58,250 bases of DNA from an uncultured Fibrobacterales bacterium (GTDB lineage: Bacteria > Fibrobacterota > Fibrobacteria > Fibrobacterales > CAWVXU01): NCBI GenBank assembly GCA_963934255.1, contig CAWVXU010000007.1, forward strand, positions 1 through 58,250. Direction: 5' to 3'. The notes under the pieces were generated by a model, which was not told where the DNA came from, searched no databases, and was given only the letters and a program-made list of their open reading frames with translations. Both the position numbers and the translations under genes were made by a program. This document shows, one piece after another, positions 27,657-36,330 of this stretch (position 1 is its first letter; every line of letters starts with the position of its first letter).

Positions 27657-28769
27657 CTAACGCCACTGAGAGTCTTGTCTTTGTTTATCAAAAACAAAGC
27701 GAATAATTCGTTCTTGAACTTGAGATTCCATTTCATCAAATTCTAAAGAATGCTGATAAAGGTCATCTTTTTCTTCAGAATCTGTAATGACGCGAATAAT
27801 GTGACCAGGTATTTTACGGAATTTATGACCATTTAGTTCAAAATCCATTTCTAAATTATCATCAATACCTAACATGGTCGGGACCTTGAGAGATACTCCA
27901 CCACCTGATATATCACTTATAAGCCCAAAAACGGAGCTAGGTGCAGTTGCCTCATCACTTTTTGCATTGATAATCTTTACTTGAGCCGGTATGTTAGTAT
28001 CAACACGGACCCAATTTCTTAGCTGTTTACGCGACAGATTCCTTGAATGCTCAAGAACTAATTTTGAATCTATGACCGAAACCACATCCGTTTTTATGGA
28101 GTATTCGGCATCACTAAAGCGAGTGATACCCAACGTTAATGGCATTTTTTCTTTGGCTTGAACTACAACCGGATTTAACACAACCCAATTTTCTTCTGTG
28201 ACATATAGAATTGTCGTCTGGGCCTTACCATAGGGTGTTTTTACCATGATTTTTGTACCAGAACTTAACTGTCTCGTGCTCACATAAGGGATATCAACGG
28301 AAATATGATCATACTTCAAAGCTTTGCGAATTCTATGTATTTTGTCAAATTCGTCTTTAGAAATTTTACTACCAAGGGTCTCAATATATTTTTCAATGGT
28401 ATTTTCAAAAACAAGAGGGGATGAGAATATGATCTCAGCAGAGGCAACCTCTGATTTGCGCAGTATAGTCTCAAGTTCAGACCGTTGTTTTTCGCTTAAC
28501 TTCTTTTTATTAGCAATATCGTAAAACTTTTGCCAACCAACTTCCATCTTACGGCGATTAAAATGGTCAGCCTTGCGAATCTCTAAAAGCACAAGTACTC
28601 CTAAAATTACAACCAATAGAAAGCCTATTATCCATAGTAAAACCGGGCTAGTGTTATTCGTCTGCCAATATTTTTGGGCATGAAAGAAGACACTTCCCTT
28701 AGCTGCGAAACTTGAGGGAACTAAAAAAAGGAAAAAAATCCCGATCGATATGTGCATTTTACTCTTCAT
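27657..28769 (-). CDS. Membrane-anchored PilZ/YcgR-like c-di-GMP receptor
   Basis: Signal/TM segments; RNWVR (RxxxR) and DISGGG (DxSxxG) motifs; C-terminal IIRFVFDKQR. Confidence 0.85.
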   Translation of the reverse strand: MKSKMHISIGIFFLFLVPSSFAAKGSVFFHAQKYWQTNNTSPVLLWIIGFLLVVILGVLVLLEIRKADHFNRRKMEVGWQKFYDIANKKKLSEKQRSELETILRKSEVASAEIIFSSPLVFENTIEKYIETLGSKISKDEFDKIHRIRKALKYDHISVDIPYVSTRQLSSGTKIMVKTPYGKAQTTILYVTEENWVVLNPVVVQAKEKMPLTLGITRFSDAEYSIKTDVVSVIDSKLVLEHSRNLSRKQLRNWVRVDTNIPAQVKIINAKSDEATAPSSVFGLISDISGGGVSLKVPTMLGIDDNLEMDFELNGHKFRKIPGHIIRVITDSEEKDDLYQHSLEFDEMESQVQERIIRFVFDKQRQDSQWR

Positions 28770-28771
28770 TC

Positions 28772-28780
28772 TGTTATAAT
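28772..28780 (+). promoter_or_regulatory. Extended -10 promoter (TGnTATAAT) for the HDOD operon
   Basis: TGTTATAAT, 73 nt upstream of ATG 28854. Confidence 0.55.
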
Positions 28781-28853
28781 ATCGTGTATATGAGTCAAAA
28801 ACTAAATAACAATTTTTGTTTTTTTACAGAAATTGATGAATTAGAGCTTTTAA

Positions 28854-29162
28854 ATGAAAAAAATTTCAACAAAAGATATTCTAGATGGAATGATTCTTGC
28901 CGAAGATTTAGCCGGCCCCAATGGAAACATTATACTCCCTAAGGGGGTTAAGCTCAAATCAAGTCTGGTAAGTAGACTAGACACTTGGGGTATTTCGGAA
29001 GTATGTATAGAGCCGACACAAGATGATTTCGGCACCGAAGGTTCTCAGCGCGATGATCACTATGAAGAGGAATTAAAAGCCCTCTTTATAAGCGGTACAG
29101 AAGAACCAAATGACAATTTGTTATTTCAAACTCTTCTTAAATTACATCAGGGGGAACCATGA
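28854..29162 (+). CDS. Small protein resembling the N-terminal domain of HD-GYP/HD-domain proteins
   Basis: GMILAEDLAGPNGNIILPKGVKL...LDTWGISEVCI; ATGA overlap with the HDOD gene. Confidence 0.65.
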   Translation: MKKISTKDILDGMILAEDLAGPNGNIILPKGVKLKSSLVSRLDTWGISEVCIEPTQDDFGTEGSQRDDHYEEELKALFISGTEEPNDNLLFQTLLKLHQGEP

Positions 29163-30016
29163 ATAGTCTCGATGGATTAAAAGATCTCATTGAAGACATT
29201 GATGAACTTCCTACCTTGCCCACCGTTTTAATTGAAATAAATAATTTACTTCAAGACCCCAAAACGTCTAGTGAAGAAATTGGGTTAGCTATTTCAAATG
29301 ACCAAGCTTTAGCGTCTCGTGTTATGAAGCTTGTAAATTCTGCATTTTATGGCTTCCCTGGTAGGATTAATACCATTTCTCATGCAATTTCATTATTAGG
29401 CTTCCTAACTGTAAGAAATGTCGTCATTACCGCCTCAATCATTGGCGCCTTTGAGGATAAAGATGAGGGTATTGGCCTTGACTTTAAAGGTTTTTGGCTT
29501 CACTCTGTAGCCACGGCTTCAATTGCAAAACTGATAGCAAAAGCTTCAAAAATGCAACAAACAGAAGAAGTATTTATATCAGCGTTACTCCACGATTTAG
29601 GCAAGCTTTTAATGCAACTATATTTGCCAGATGAATACGAAAAAGTTTTTTCTTACTTAGAGAGAAAGCCCGACTTACTCATCAATGCAGAACAAAAGGT
29701 TTTAGGTTTTGATCATACTCATGCTGGTTTTTGGCTCGCAAAAGAATGGAATCTTCCAAGTGAAATTTGTAGTGTCATTGAATTTCACCACGACCCTATG
29801 AGTGCTGAGAAAGACAAAGAAATTTGTGCTGTGGTTAATTTAGCTGACACTTTAGCAAGGTCTCTCCAACTCGGCAATGGTGGTGACCTTTTTATTCCAG
29901 CAATTCAATCTGAAGTATGGGACTTTTTAGATATGGATGAATCAAAACTAAAACTTATTCTACAAAACGCAAAAGGTGCCGTTGAAAAAGCCAGTATATT
30001 TATGCAAGTCATCTGA
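29159..30016 (+). CDS. HDOD domain protein
   Basis: LPTLP, DQALASRVMKLVNSAFYG, FWLHS, LLHDLGK, EQKVLGFDH and FHHDP motifs. Confidence 0.92.
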   Translation: MNSLDGLKDLIEDIDELPTLPTVLIEINNLLQDPKTSSEEIGLAISNDQALASRVMKLVNSAFYGFPGRINTISHAISLLGFLTVRNVVITASIIGAFEDKDEGIGLDFKGFWLHSVATASIAKLIAKASKMQQTEEVFISALLHDLGKLLMQLYLPDEYEKVFSYLERKPDLLINAEQKVLGFDHTHAGFWLAKEWNLPSEICSVIEFHHDPMSAEKDKEICAVVNLADTLARSLQLGNGGDLFIPAIQSEVWDFLDMDESKLKLILQNAKGAVEKASIFMQVI

Positions 30017-30031
30017 ATAGAGCAACTTAAT

Positions 30032-30259
30032 TTAGAAGTCGCTTTTCTTTTTCTTTTCCGTTTCTTCTTCAAAAAGGACTTTTCGTTCTTCTCTCTTTTG
30101 CAACTCAAGTTGATTCAAGAAAGACTTTTTATCCAAATAGGAGCGGATTCGACGAGTATCTTCTCTTCGATAAAACAACTTGGGCAACTTAATCTGTCTT
30201 GAAAAGATCAAAAAGATGAATGCAGTTAGTCCAATAATTCCTAGTTCCCAATAGATCAT
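30032..30259 (-). CDS. Small hypothetical membrane protein
   Basis: N-terminal TM and charged tail; starts 2 nt after the pyrC' stop. Confidence 0.55.
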   Translation of the reverse strand: MIYWELGIIGLTAFIFLIFSRQIKLPKLFYRREDTRRIRSYLDKKSFLNQLELQKREERKVLFEEETEKKKKSDF

Positions 30260-30261
30260 AG

Positions 30262-31500
30262 TTATTTTATCGGCATTTTAAATGAATTGTTTAGGTAAGC
30301 CGCCTCAACTTTCCACTTTAATATATTTCCGAGCTCATTTGAATTATCAACATTACCCGCAAAGGTTCCTGCATTAACCTCTTGAACCGACTCGGGGTCC
30401 CATAAAAACCCAGCATAAGATCCCTTAATTTCAAAAGCAGACTTTTTACCGAGCTTTATCGAAGGATTATGGCTATGGGAAATAATAAATTGGTTTAAAA
30501 TTTTTTCTTTATCATCACTTATCTGAATAAAATTAGGTAAACAAAGCTCTAAACTTAAATTACCCGGCTTAGAATCACCAAAAGCTTCATTTTTAAACTC
30601 GGGTAAAACCGGGCGGTGCTGAGATGAAAGAATTGGGATTCTACCCTGTTGAAACAATTCATAAACCTCTAATTGATCCTTAATTCCTCGCAAAGGAGGT
30701 ATAATTTTATCATTTACATCCAATTTTAAGAGATGCTCATTATTTCTATGAATATGGGCTGGGTTTACATCAAAGCTAACTTTAACCCCCTTTTTCTGAT
30801 ATCGCTCAACTAACTCAATTGAACTAGCCAATGTTAACTGTCTTAGATGAAGTTTAACCCCAGTCAACTCCGCTAACTCTAGTGCCGTCATTACAGATAT
30901 TCTTTCAGCCGCAGATGGCCACCCTTGAAGGCCCAATATACTAGAGAGTGAATCTTCATGGACAAGTCCAGAGCCACAAATATCTTGTTGCCAAGGAAAC
31001 ACCATTAACTCAACATCAAGCTGCTTAGCGTATTCAAAAACTGACCTCAAGATAGGTGCTGTTGGCATGGGCCTGACCCCATTTGAAAAGAATTGGGCCC
31101 CTTCTGATTGCATGCTGCTCATCTCAGCTAAATGAACACCTTTTTGATCCTTGGTCAGAGCTCCACATGGGTATATATCTAACTCCAACTTCTGAGTTTG
31201 AGTTTGAATCCATTGTATCACCTCTTGTTGGTCAGCAACAGGATGCGTATTGGGATCTAAAATCACTGAACCAAAGCCACCAGAAAGCATAGCTTCAGCG
31301 CCTTCATGAAGAGAATATATGTGCTCCAAGCCCGGCTCTTTGAAATCAGCAAAAAGTTCAACTAAAGGAGGCAACCAATACTTCCCAGTTCCATCAATTT
31401 CTAGAGGGGATTCGGTATTTTCATTGTGAAGTTCAATATCTTGAGTTTTAAACCCTGTTGGCGTCCAAGTGCGTACGTTTTTAATGAATAAATTTGACAT
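30262..31500 (-). CDS. Dihydroorotase-like protein, apparently inactive (PyrC'-type)
   Basis: Start moved to ATG 31500, just after the pyrB stop. Amidohydrolase scaffold (EPG, PNTHP, PPLR) but HxH reads FAD and DHAPH reads QHRP. Confidence 0.8.
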   Translation of the reverse strand: MSNLFIKNVRTWTPTGFKTQDIELHNENTESPLEIDGTGKYWLPPLVELFADFKEPGLEHIYSLHEGAEAMLSGGFGSVILDPNTHPVADQQEVIQWIQTQTQKLELDIYPCGALTKDQKGVHLAEMSSMQSEGAQFFSNGVRPMPTAPILRSVFEYAKQLDVELMVFPWQQDICGSGLVHEDSLSSILGLQGWPSAAERISVMTALELAELTGVKLHLRQLTLASSIELVERYQKKGVKVSFDVNPAHIHRNNEHLLKLDVNDKIIPPLRGIKDQLEVYELFQQGRIPILSSQHRPVLPEFKNEAFGDSKPGNLSLELCLPNFIQISDDKEKILNQFIISHSHNPSIKLGKKSAFEIKGSYAGFLWDPESVQEVNAGTFAGNVDNSNELGNILKWKVEAAYLNNSFKMPIK

Positions 31501-31501
31501 G

Positions 31502-32425
31502 TTACTTCCCGCCTCCAAGTAAATAAAGTGCTGACATTCGCACTGCAACCCCGTTGGTTACTTGATTTAAAATCAAACTATTTTGACTATCTACCACTGT
31601 GGAATCAAGTTCAATATTCCTATTTACAGGTCCCGGGTGCATAATTTTGACTTCCGGATTCCATTTTTCAATCCGACTTGCGGTAACTCCGAAATTTTCT
31701 CGATATTCTCTTTCAGAGGACAACAATGCCTTATCTTGTCGCTCCCTCTGTAACCTTAAACACATTAAAGCATCAGCACCTCTGACCACCTCTTCCAAGC
31801 TTGAAGCTATTTTGATAGGGAATCCGCTAATATCCTTAGGTAAAAGGGTAGAAGGTCCGTATACTGTTACATCGGCCCCTAGAGTGACTAAGCCCCATAT
31901 ATTTGACCTAGCAACACGGCTATGTAAAACATCACCAATGATACTGATCTTACGGCCCTTGAGGTCACCAAAAGCTGTTTCTAATGAAAGCATATCTAAA
32001 AGTCCTTGAGTTGGGTGCTCATGGGCCCCATCACCGGCATTAAGAATCGTTAAATTTGTATTATCAGCTAAAAATTGTGGCACTCCTGTGGTTGAGTGTC
32101 TTACCACTGCTAGGTCAATTTTCATCGACTCAATATTTCGAACCGTATCTAAAAGCGATTCCCCTTTTTTGAGACTACTTGAACTCGAACTAAAATTAAC
32201 CGTATCAGCACTTAACCTTTTCTCAGCAAGTTCAAAAGAAATTCTTGTTCTAGTAGAATTTTCAAAAAACAAATTAACGACGGTCAGACCGCGTAATGAT
32301 GGAACCTTTTTGATCGGTCGATCTAAGATTTCACGAAAAGATTTGGCTGTATCTAATAAATGACGGATATCATTGTATGATAAATCTCGAAGCCCGATGA
32401 GGTGTTTGGTTTCTAATAGTGACAT
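31502..32425 (-). CDS. pyrB: Aspartate carbamoyltransferase catalytic subunit
   Basis: FFENSTRTR, NAGDGAHEHPTQ, RLQRER and MHPGPVNR motifs. Confidence 0.98.
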   Translation of the reverse strand: MSLLETKHLIGLRDLSYNDIRHLLDTAKSFREILDRPIKKVPSLRGLTVVNLFFENSTRTRISFELAEKRLSADTVNFSSSSSSLKKGESLLDTVRNIESMKIDLAVVRHSTTGVPQFLADNTNLTILNAGDGAHEHPTQGLLDMLSLETAFGDLKGRKISIIGDVLHSRVARSNIWGLVTLGADVTVYGPSTLLPKDISGFPIKIASSLEEVVRGADALMCLRLQRERQDKALLSSEREYRENFGVTASRIEKWNPEVKIMHPGPVNRNIELDSTVVDSQNSLILNQVTNGVAVRMSALYLLGGGK

Positions 32426-32971
32426 TTAATTTCCAATCTTAAACTTTGAGACATCATCAATCTCATCAACTTCAATAAGTGAAACTTTAATTTCTTCATT
32501 TTCATCAGTTTTAGCATTTAAACCAACGTATTTGGCAAATATCGGCATTTCAAGTGATTGACGGTCTACAAGTACACAAAGTTGAACAGACCTAGGTCGC
32601 CCCATTTCAAAGATTGCTTCAAGAGAAGATCGAACACTTCTACCAGTATACAGAACATCATCGACAATAATGACATTTTCATCATCTAAGTTCAAGACCG
32701 AAAGCTGAGTAATAGCCAATTTTGGGTTTTTGAATTTAGCTCTAAAGTGATAGTCATCTCGAAAAAAAGTCGCATCCAAAGTACCCAGACTCACCTGAAC
32801 ATCTAGGTCTTCAAGAAAAGCTTTCAATCTCAAACTAAGAGGAATGCCCCTTGTAGCCATTCCCATTAAAGTGACTTTTGTACCTTTAAAATCAACAGCA
32901 ATTTGAGTTGCTAGGCTTTTGATATTTAATTCTAGCTGTTTAGAATCCATTAATTGAATAGATGTGGACAT
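32426..32971 (-). CDS. pyrR: PyrR bifunctional regulator/UPRTase-like protein
   Basis: TRGIPL, FFRDD, VDDVLYTGRS and GRP motifs; upstream of pyrB. Confidence 0.88.
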   Translation of the reverse strand: MSTSIQLMDSKQLELNIKSLATQIAVDFKGTKVTLMGMATRGIPLSLRLKAFLEDLDVQVSLGTLDATFFRDDYHFRAKFKNPKLAITQLSVLNLDDENVIIVDDVLYTGRSVRSSLEAIFEMGRPRSVQLCVLVDRQSLEMPIFAKYVGLNAKTDENEEIKVSLIEVDEIDDVSKFKIGN

Positions 32972-33061
32972 AATAGCGCCTTGACCTTTACTCTTTGAAA
33001 TATTAAATATAGAATTATGAAGAGAGCTTAAGCTTTAAGAAAAAAAACCGATATAAATAAT

Positions 33062-33358
33062 ATGGCTAAAAAAAACGAATTTCTGCGGTCCACTAGAAAA
33101 AATCTAGATATGGAACAAATGAGTGACATAAAACTCCCTCTTTCTATGATTTTGGGTAAAAAGACCCTCACTTTAAAAGAATTACTTGATATAAGTGAAG
33201 GCTCTGTATTTCAAACAGATCGTTTAGCTGGAGAAAATATTGATCTTAATATCAATAAACGGTTAATGGCTAAAGGTGAAGTCATCGTATTGAATAATCA
33301 CTTCGGATTCCGACTTGTTACCTTACTCTCAGCTGAAGAACGCCTTAAGCAGATGTAA
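33062..33358 (+). CDS. fliN: FliN/SpoA-family switch protein
   Basis: LGKKTLTLKELLDISEGSV...LAGENIDLNINKRLMAKGEVIVLNNHFGFRL. Confidence 0.8.
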   Translation: MAKKNEFLRSTRKNLDMEQMSDIKLPLSMILGKKTLTLKELLDISEGSVFQTDRLAGENIDLNINKRLMAKGEVIVLNNHFGFRLVTLLSAEERLKQM

Positions 33359-33428
33359 ACCTTCTGAAGTTGTGGAGCCTGGTAGTAACAACAGTGAGCC
33401 TTTTTTTACAACAAAACCCTCAAGAACA

Positions 33429-34598
33429 CTAATCTTTGATGTACAAAGATTTCATTTGGTCATAAATCACAGTCAGGCGATGATGATAATAATGTTTTTC
33501 TCTTATTTCTTTCTGAATGTCAGATAACAAGTTTGAATACTCCAATGAAGAATGAATTTTATGAATCAAATCAGGAATTTCACTCACCTCTTGGTAGGTC
33601 CAATCCTTGAGCCTCGGAAATAACTGGATTAAGTCCGCCTGTTGATCTGTCAGTAAGACTCCACCTGCATTTATAACATCAAATAATCTTTGATTAACAC
33701 CCATTGGCATTTGAAAATGTGTAAAATTTAGGTGAATACCAGCTTGAGAAAAATGTTCTGGTAGCTCATCATAATAATTTAATGGGCCAAAGAGCTTGGA
33801 ATCAGGAGTTATTGATAATGTAGCCTGCCAACCTTGATCTCCATAAATTTCAGCGCACCTGGCAACCTTCACCATATTAACTCGGGAGATATAAGTTGCC
33901 CAATATCGAACTAATTCATCACAAATTGTCACCAATTTTCCCGAGTAATCAGTCAATTTCAATGATAAATATGAATTAATTTGAGGCTTAATATCAGTTA
34001 TCCTTAACGATGACTTTAAATGAGTAAAGTGAGGCCATAAATCTCGACGACCTAGATTAAAGTCTGATAATTCGGATTCTATCTGCTTAACGCCCTGAGC
34101 CATTGAGGAACCTACGAAAGAAGTAGGTCCATTTGAGTCAAAATTAGAGTTTTTCTCAAAAAAATGCGATGTGGCTAGCGGTAGGAAGTTGACAGGGCGA
34201 TTAAGTCTGCTTTGAAGACCAATCTTCCAACTAGAATCCCAAATATAAACATTTGTATTCACTGGCAATGTACCTTTGAACTCTCGTAAAAGATAATCTG
34301 GATTATCAAGAAACCAAATTGCCAACGGGACTTTGAGGTTTTCAATTAAATCAAAGAGAACCCCACCCTGATCGCAACCTTTTAAGTTCACAGACAGAAT
34401 GAAATCAGGTTTAAATTGATTAATAATTTCTAAAAAATTCTTGATTGGATCACTAGTTTTAGCAAAATACCAAGGCATTACATCAAAATTAGTACAACCT
34501 TCAACAAGCTCACGATCTAAAAAGTAACCCAACTCCTGAATTACAACAACACGAGGTTTTTTTGACTGGAACTTTTCATATTGAAAATCTGACACCAT
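33429..34598 (-). CDS. CgeB/YkvP-like GT-B glycosyltransferase
   Basis: WFLDNP, FLPLA, SFVGS, LNFTHFQMPMGVNQRLFDV, LLTD and HYYHHRL motifs; ATG at 34598 overlaps the upstream TAA. Confidence 0.8.
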   Translation of the reverse strand: MVSDFQYEKFQSKKPRVVVIQELGYFLDRELVEGCTNFDVMPWYFAKTSDPIKNFLEIINQFKPDFILSVNLKGCDQGGVLFDLIENLKVPLAIWFLDNPDYLLREFKGTLPVNTNVYIWDSSWKIGLQSRLNRPVNFLPLATSHFFEKNSNFDSNGPTSFVGSSMAQGVKQIESELSDFNLGRRDLWPHFTHLKSSLRITDIKPQINSYLSLKLTDYSGKLVTICDELVRYWATYISRVNMVKVARCAEIYGDQGWQATLSITPDSKLFGPLNYYDELPEHFSQAGIHLNFTHFQMPMGVNQRLFDVINAGGVLLTDQQADLIQLFPRLKDWTYQEVSEIPDLIHKIHSSLEYSNLLSDIQKEIREKHYYHHRLTVIYDQMKSLYIKD

Positions 34599-35002
34599 TA
34601 CCAAATATTACGTTTTTCTAGAATAATTTCTTCTAAATTTGGCTTATCACGATCAAAGAAATCATAATACCACTCAGGTACTACTCTCTCGTTGATGGTT
34701 GTTACAATAGACTTATATATTAGTGGCTCAGAGAACCAAAACAAAGGGAATGCAATTAAATGTAGAATCCCACAAAAGGCTACTTTTTTTAAAAAGGCAA
34801 ATACCTTGAGTTGATTATTTTTTTTAGAACCAAATAAAAACATGAAGATCAATCCCCAGCCAATCAATACCAGTCCAGAACAGAGAAACAAGATTGCAAA
34901 GCCAAAGAGAGGGAAATACTTTTCCCAGTGAAATAAATATAAATAGGTTGTGACTCCCCCACCCAGAGATATCACTATAAACATTCTTTGAAAATCTTTC
35001 AC
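34598..35002 (-). CDS. Hypothetical membrane protein (about 3 TM)
   Basis: Start moved to GTG 35002 (AAGGAG RBS), which removes the overlap with the divergent gene. Confidence 0.6.
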   Translation of the reverse strand: MKDFQRMFIVISLGGGVTTYLYLFHWEKYFPLFGFAILFLCSGLVLIGWGLIFMFLFGSKKNNQLKVFAFLKKVAFCGILHLIAFPLFWFSEPLIYKSIVTTINERVVPEWYYDFFDRDKPNLEEIILEKRNIW

Positions 35003-35083
35003 AAACGCTCCTTGCCCTAGCAAAAAAATAATAAAAATATACTTTTGGCTTTCACAAAAAAAAGTGTCCTTAAAGGAAATATC

Positions 35084-35854
35084 ATGAAAAAACATACTTT
35101 TACACTATTAACATTAGCTTTAATTCTTGTAGGTTGCCAAAAGGGTAGCGTAAAAGGTCAAGTTTTAGATGTTTTTACTAAAAAACCTATCGCAAAAGCT
35201 AAAGTTCAAATAATTAATACCCCCTTTACCACAACTGTAGGAAACGATGGTGCATTTGAATTTAAAGAGCTAGACTTGGGTAAAGTTCTGATCAAAGCCG
35301 GCAAAAACAAATTCTCGCAATCCGAACACGAGATAGTATTGACTGAAAAAGCTCCTGATAACTCATTAAATATCTATTTATTTAATCGTAAACGTTTTGC
35401 ACCAGGCCTTTACTTAGCTAGTGAAACTGGTCCTCAGAAAATCCTAAACAAATGGGTTGGAATGGATGCAATTTGTACTGGTGATGTTGTGGCGTTTAAT
35501 CAAAAAATGGTCAACAAAAAAACCAAAGCAAAAATAAAATTAGAGTCTGCTTATGTCACTGATGCAAAGTTTGAAGGATATTACTTTCAAAAAGGCGGAA
35601 ATGAGGCCGCTATTGAAGTTGTAATCTCACCTATCAGCGTAAGAAAAGCAAACAAATATAAAGACGCTTGTAAATCAATCACTAAAAACAGGAAATTAGT
35701 TGTGGCTGACTTATCTAAAGGTAAAACATTTCAAGCCCTCGAAATTTCTAATCAAATGGTGAAATTTGAAGTTGATTTAAAAAATGAGCGTCAACTTGTC
35801 TCTATAAAACAAAAAGGGAAAATTTTAGCTAATTATATTCTTAAAGCTAAATAA
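35084..35854 (+). CDS. Lipoprotein with carboxypeptidase-regulatory-like beta-sandwich
   Basis: Start ATG 35084 (AAGGA RBS); lipobox LVG-C; VKGQVLD...KPIAKAKV...DGAFEF motif. Confidence 0.72.
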   Translation: MKKHTFTLLTLALILVGCQKGSVKGQVLDVFTKKPIAKAKVQIINTPFTTTVGNDGAFEFKELDLGKVLIKAGKNKFSQSEHEIVLTEKAPDNSLNIYLFNRKRFAPGLYLASETGPQKILNKWVGMDAICTGDVVAFNQKMVNKKTKAKIKLESAYVTDAKFEGYYFQKGGNEAAIEVVISPISVRKANKYKDACKSITKNRKLVVADLSKGKTFQALEISNQMVKFEVDLKNERQLVSIKQKGKILANYILKAK

Positions 35855-35873
35855 GATAGTTAGTAAGATTTCA

Positions 35874-35895
35874 AAAGGCCACCCATAGGTGGCCT
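35874..35895. terminator. GC-rich hairpin downstream of the lipoprotein gene (weak terminator or processing site)
   Basis: AGGCCACC / GGTGGCCT stem; no U-tract on the + strand. Confidence 0.45.
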
Positions 35896-35925
35896 CAATC
35901 ATTTATAGCATTCAGAAAGTCCCAA

Positions 35926-36324
35926 ATGAGATTTCCAATATCCCAAAAAAATGTATCAATTGTCTCATGGGGGATTTATTCTAAATGGAAAAGTAATTCT
36001 AAAGAACTCCCTAAAATTCAGGAATTTACCCTAGAAATCCCTATCATTATAGATCAAGAATGGGGCATGATTATATCCATAGATAACTCGAAAGACAAAG
36101 AGCTTCAATGGGAGATAAAGCACCCTCCACTTTACGATGAAGACCAAAAGCTTATAGGTGACTTTAAAGGAAACTATAAGGTACTCAGTAACGAAGATAC
36201 TTTTTTCCTTGGTGATACATTTTGGGAGCCACTAGAGACAATGCAAGGAGAGTGGACCTGCACAATTAGATCAGGCAAACAAATCATTGCAAAGAAAATA
36301 TTTAAGGCTGTTTTAACTGAATAG
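35926..36324 (+). CDS. DUF3859-like protein
   Basis: SWGIYSKW...KELPKIQEFT...HPP...FLGDTFWEP...GEW pattern. Confidence 0.7.
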   Translation: MRFPISQKNVSIVSWGIYSKWKSNSKELPKIQEFTLEIPIIIDQEWGMIISIDNSKDKELQWEIKHPPLYDEDQKLIGDFKGNYKVLSNEDTFFLGDTFWEPLETMQGEWTCTIRSGKQIIAKKIFKAVLTE

Positions 36325-36330
36325 GCTTCC

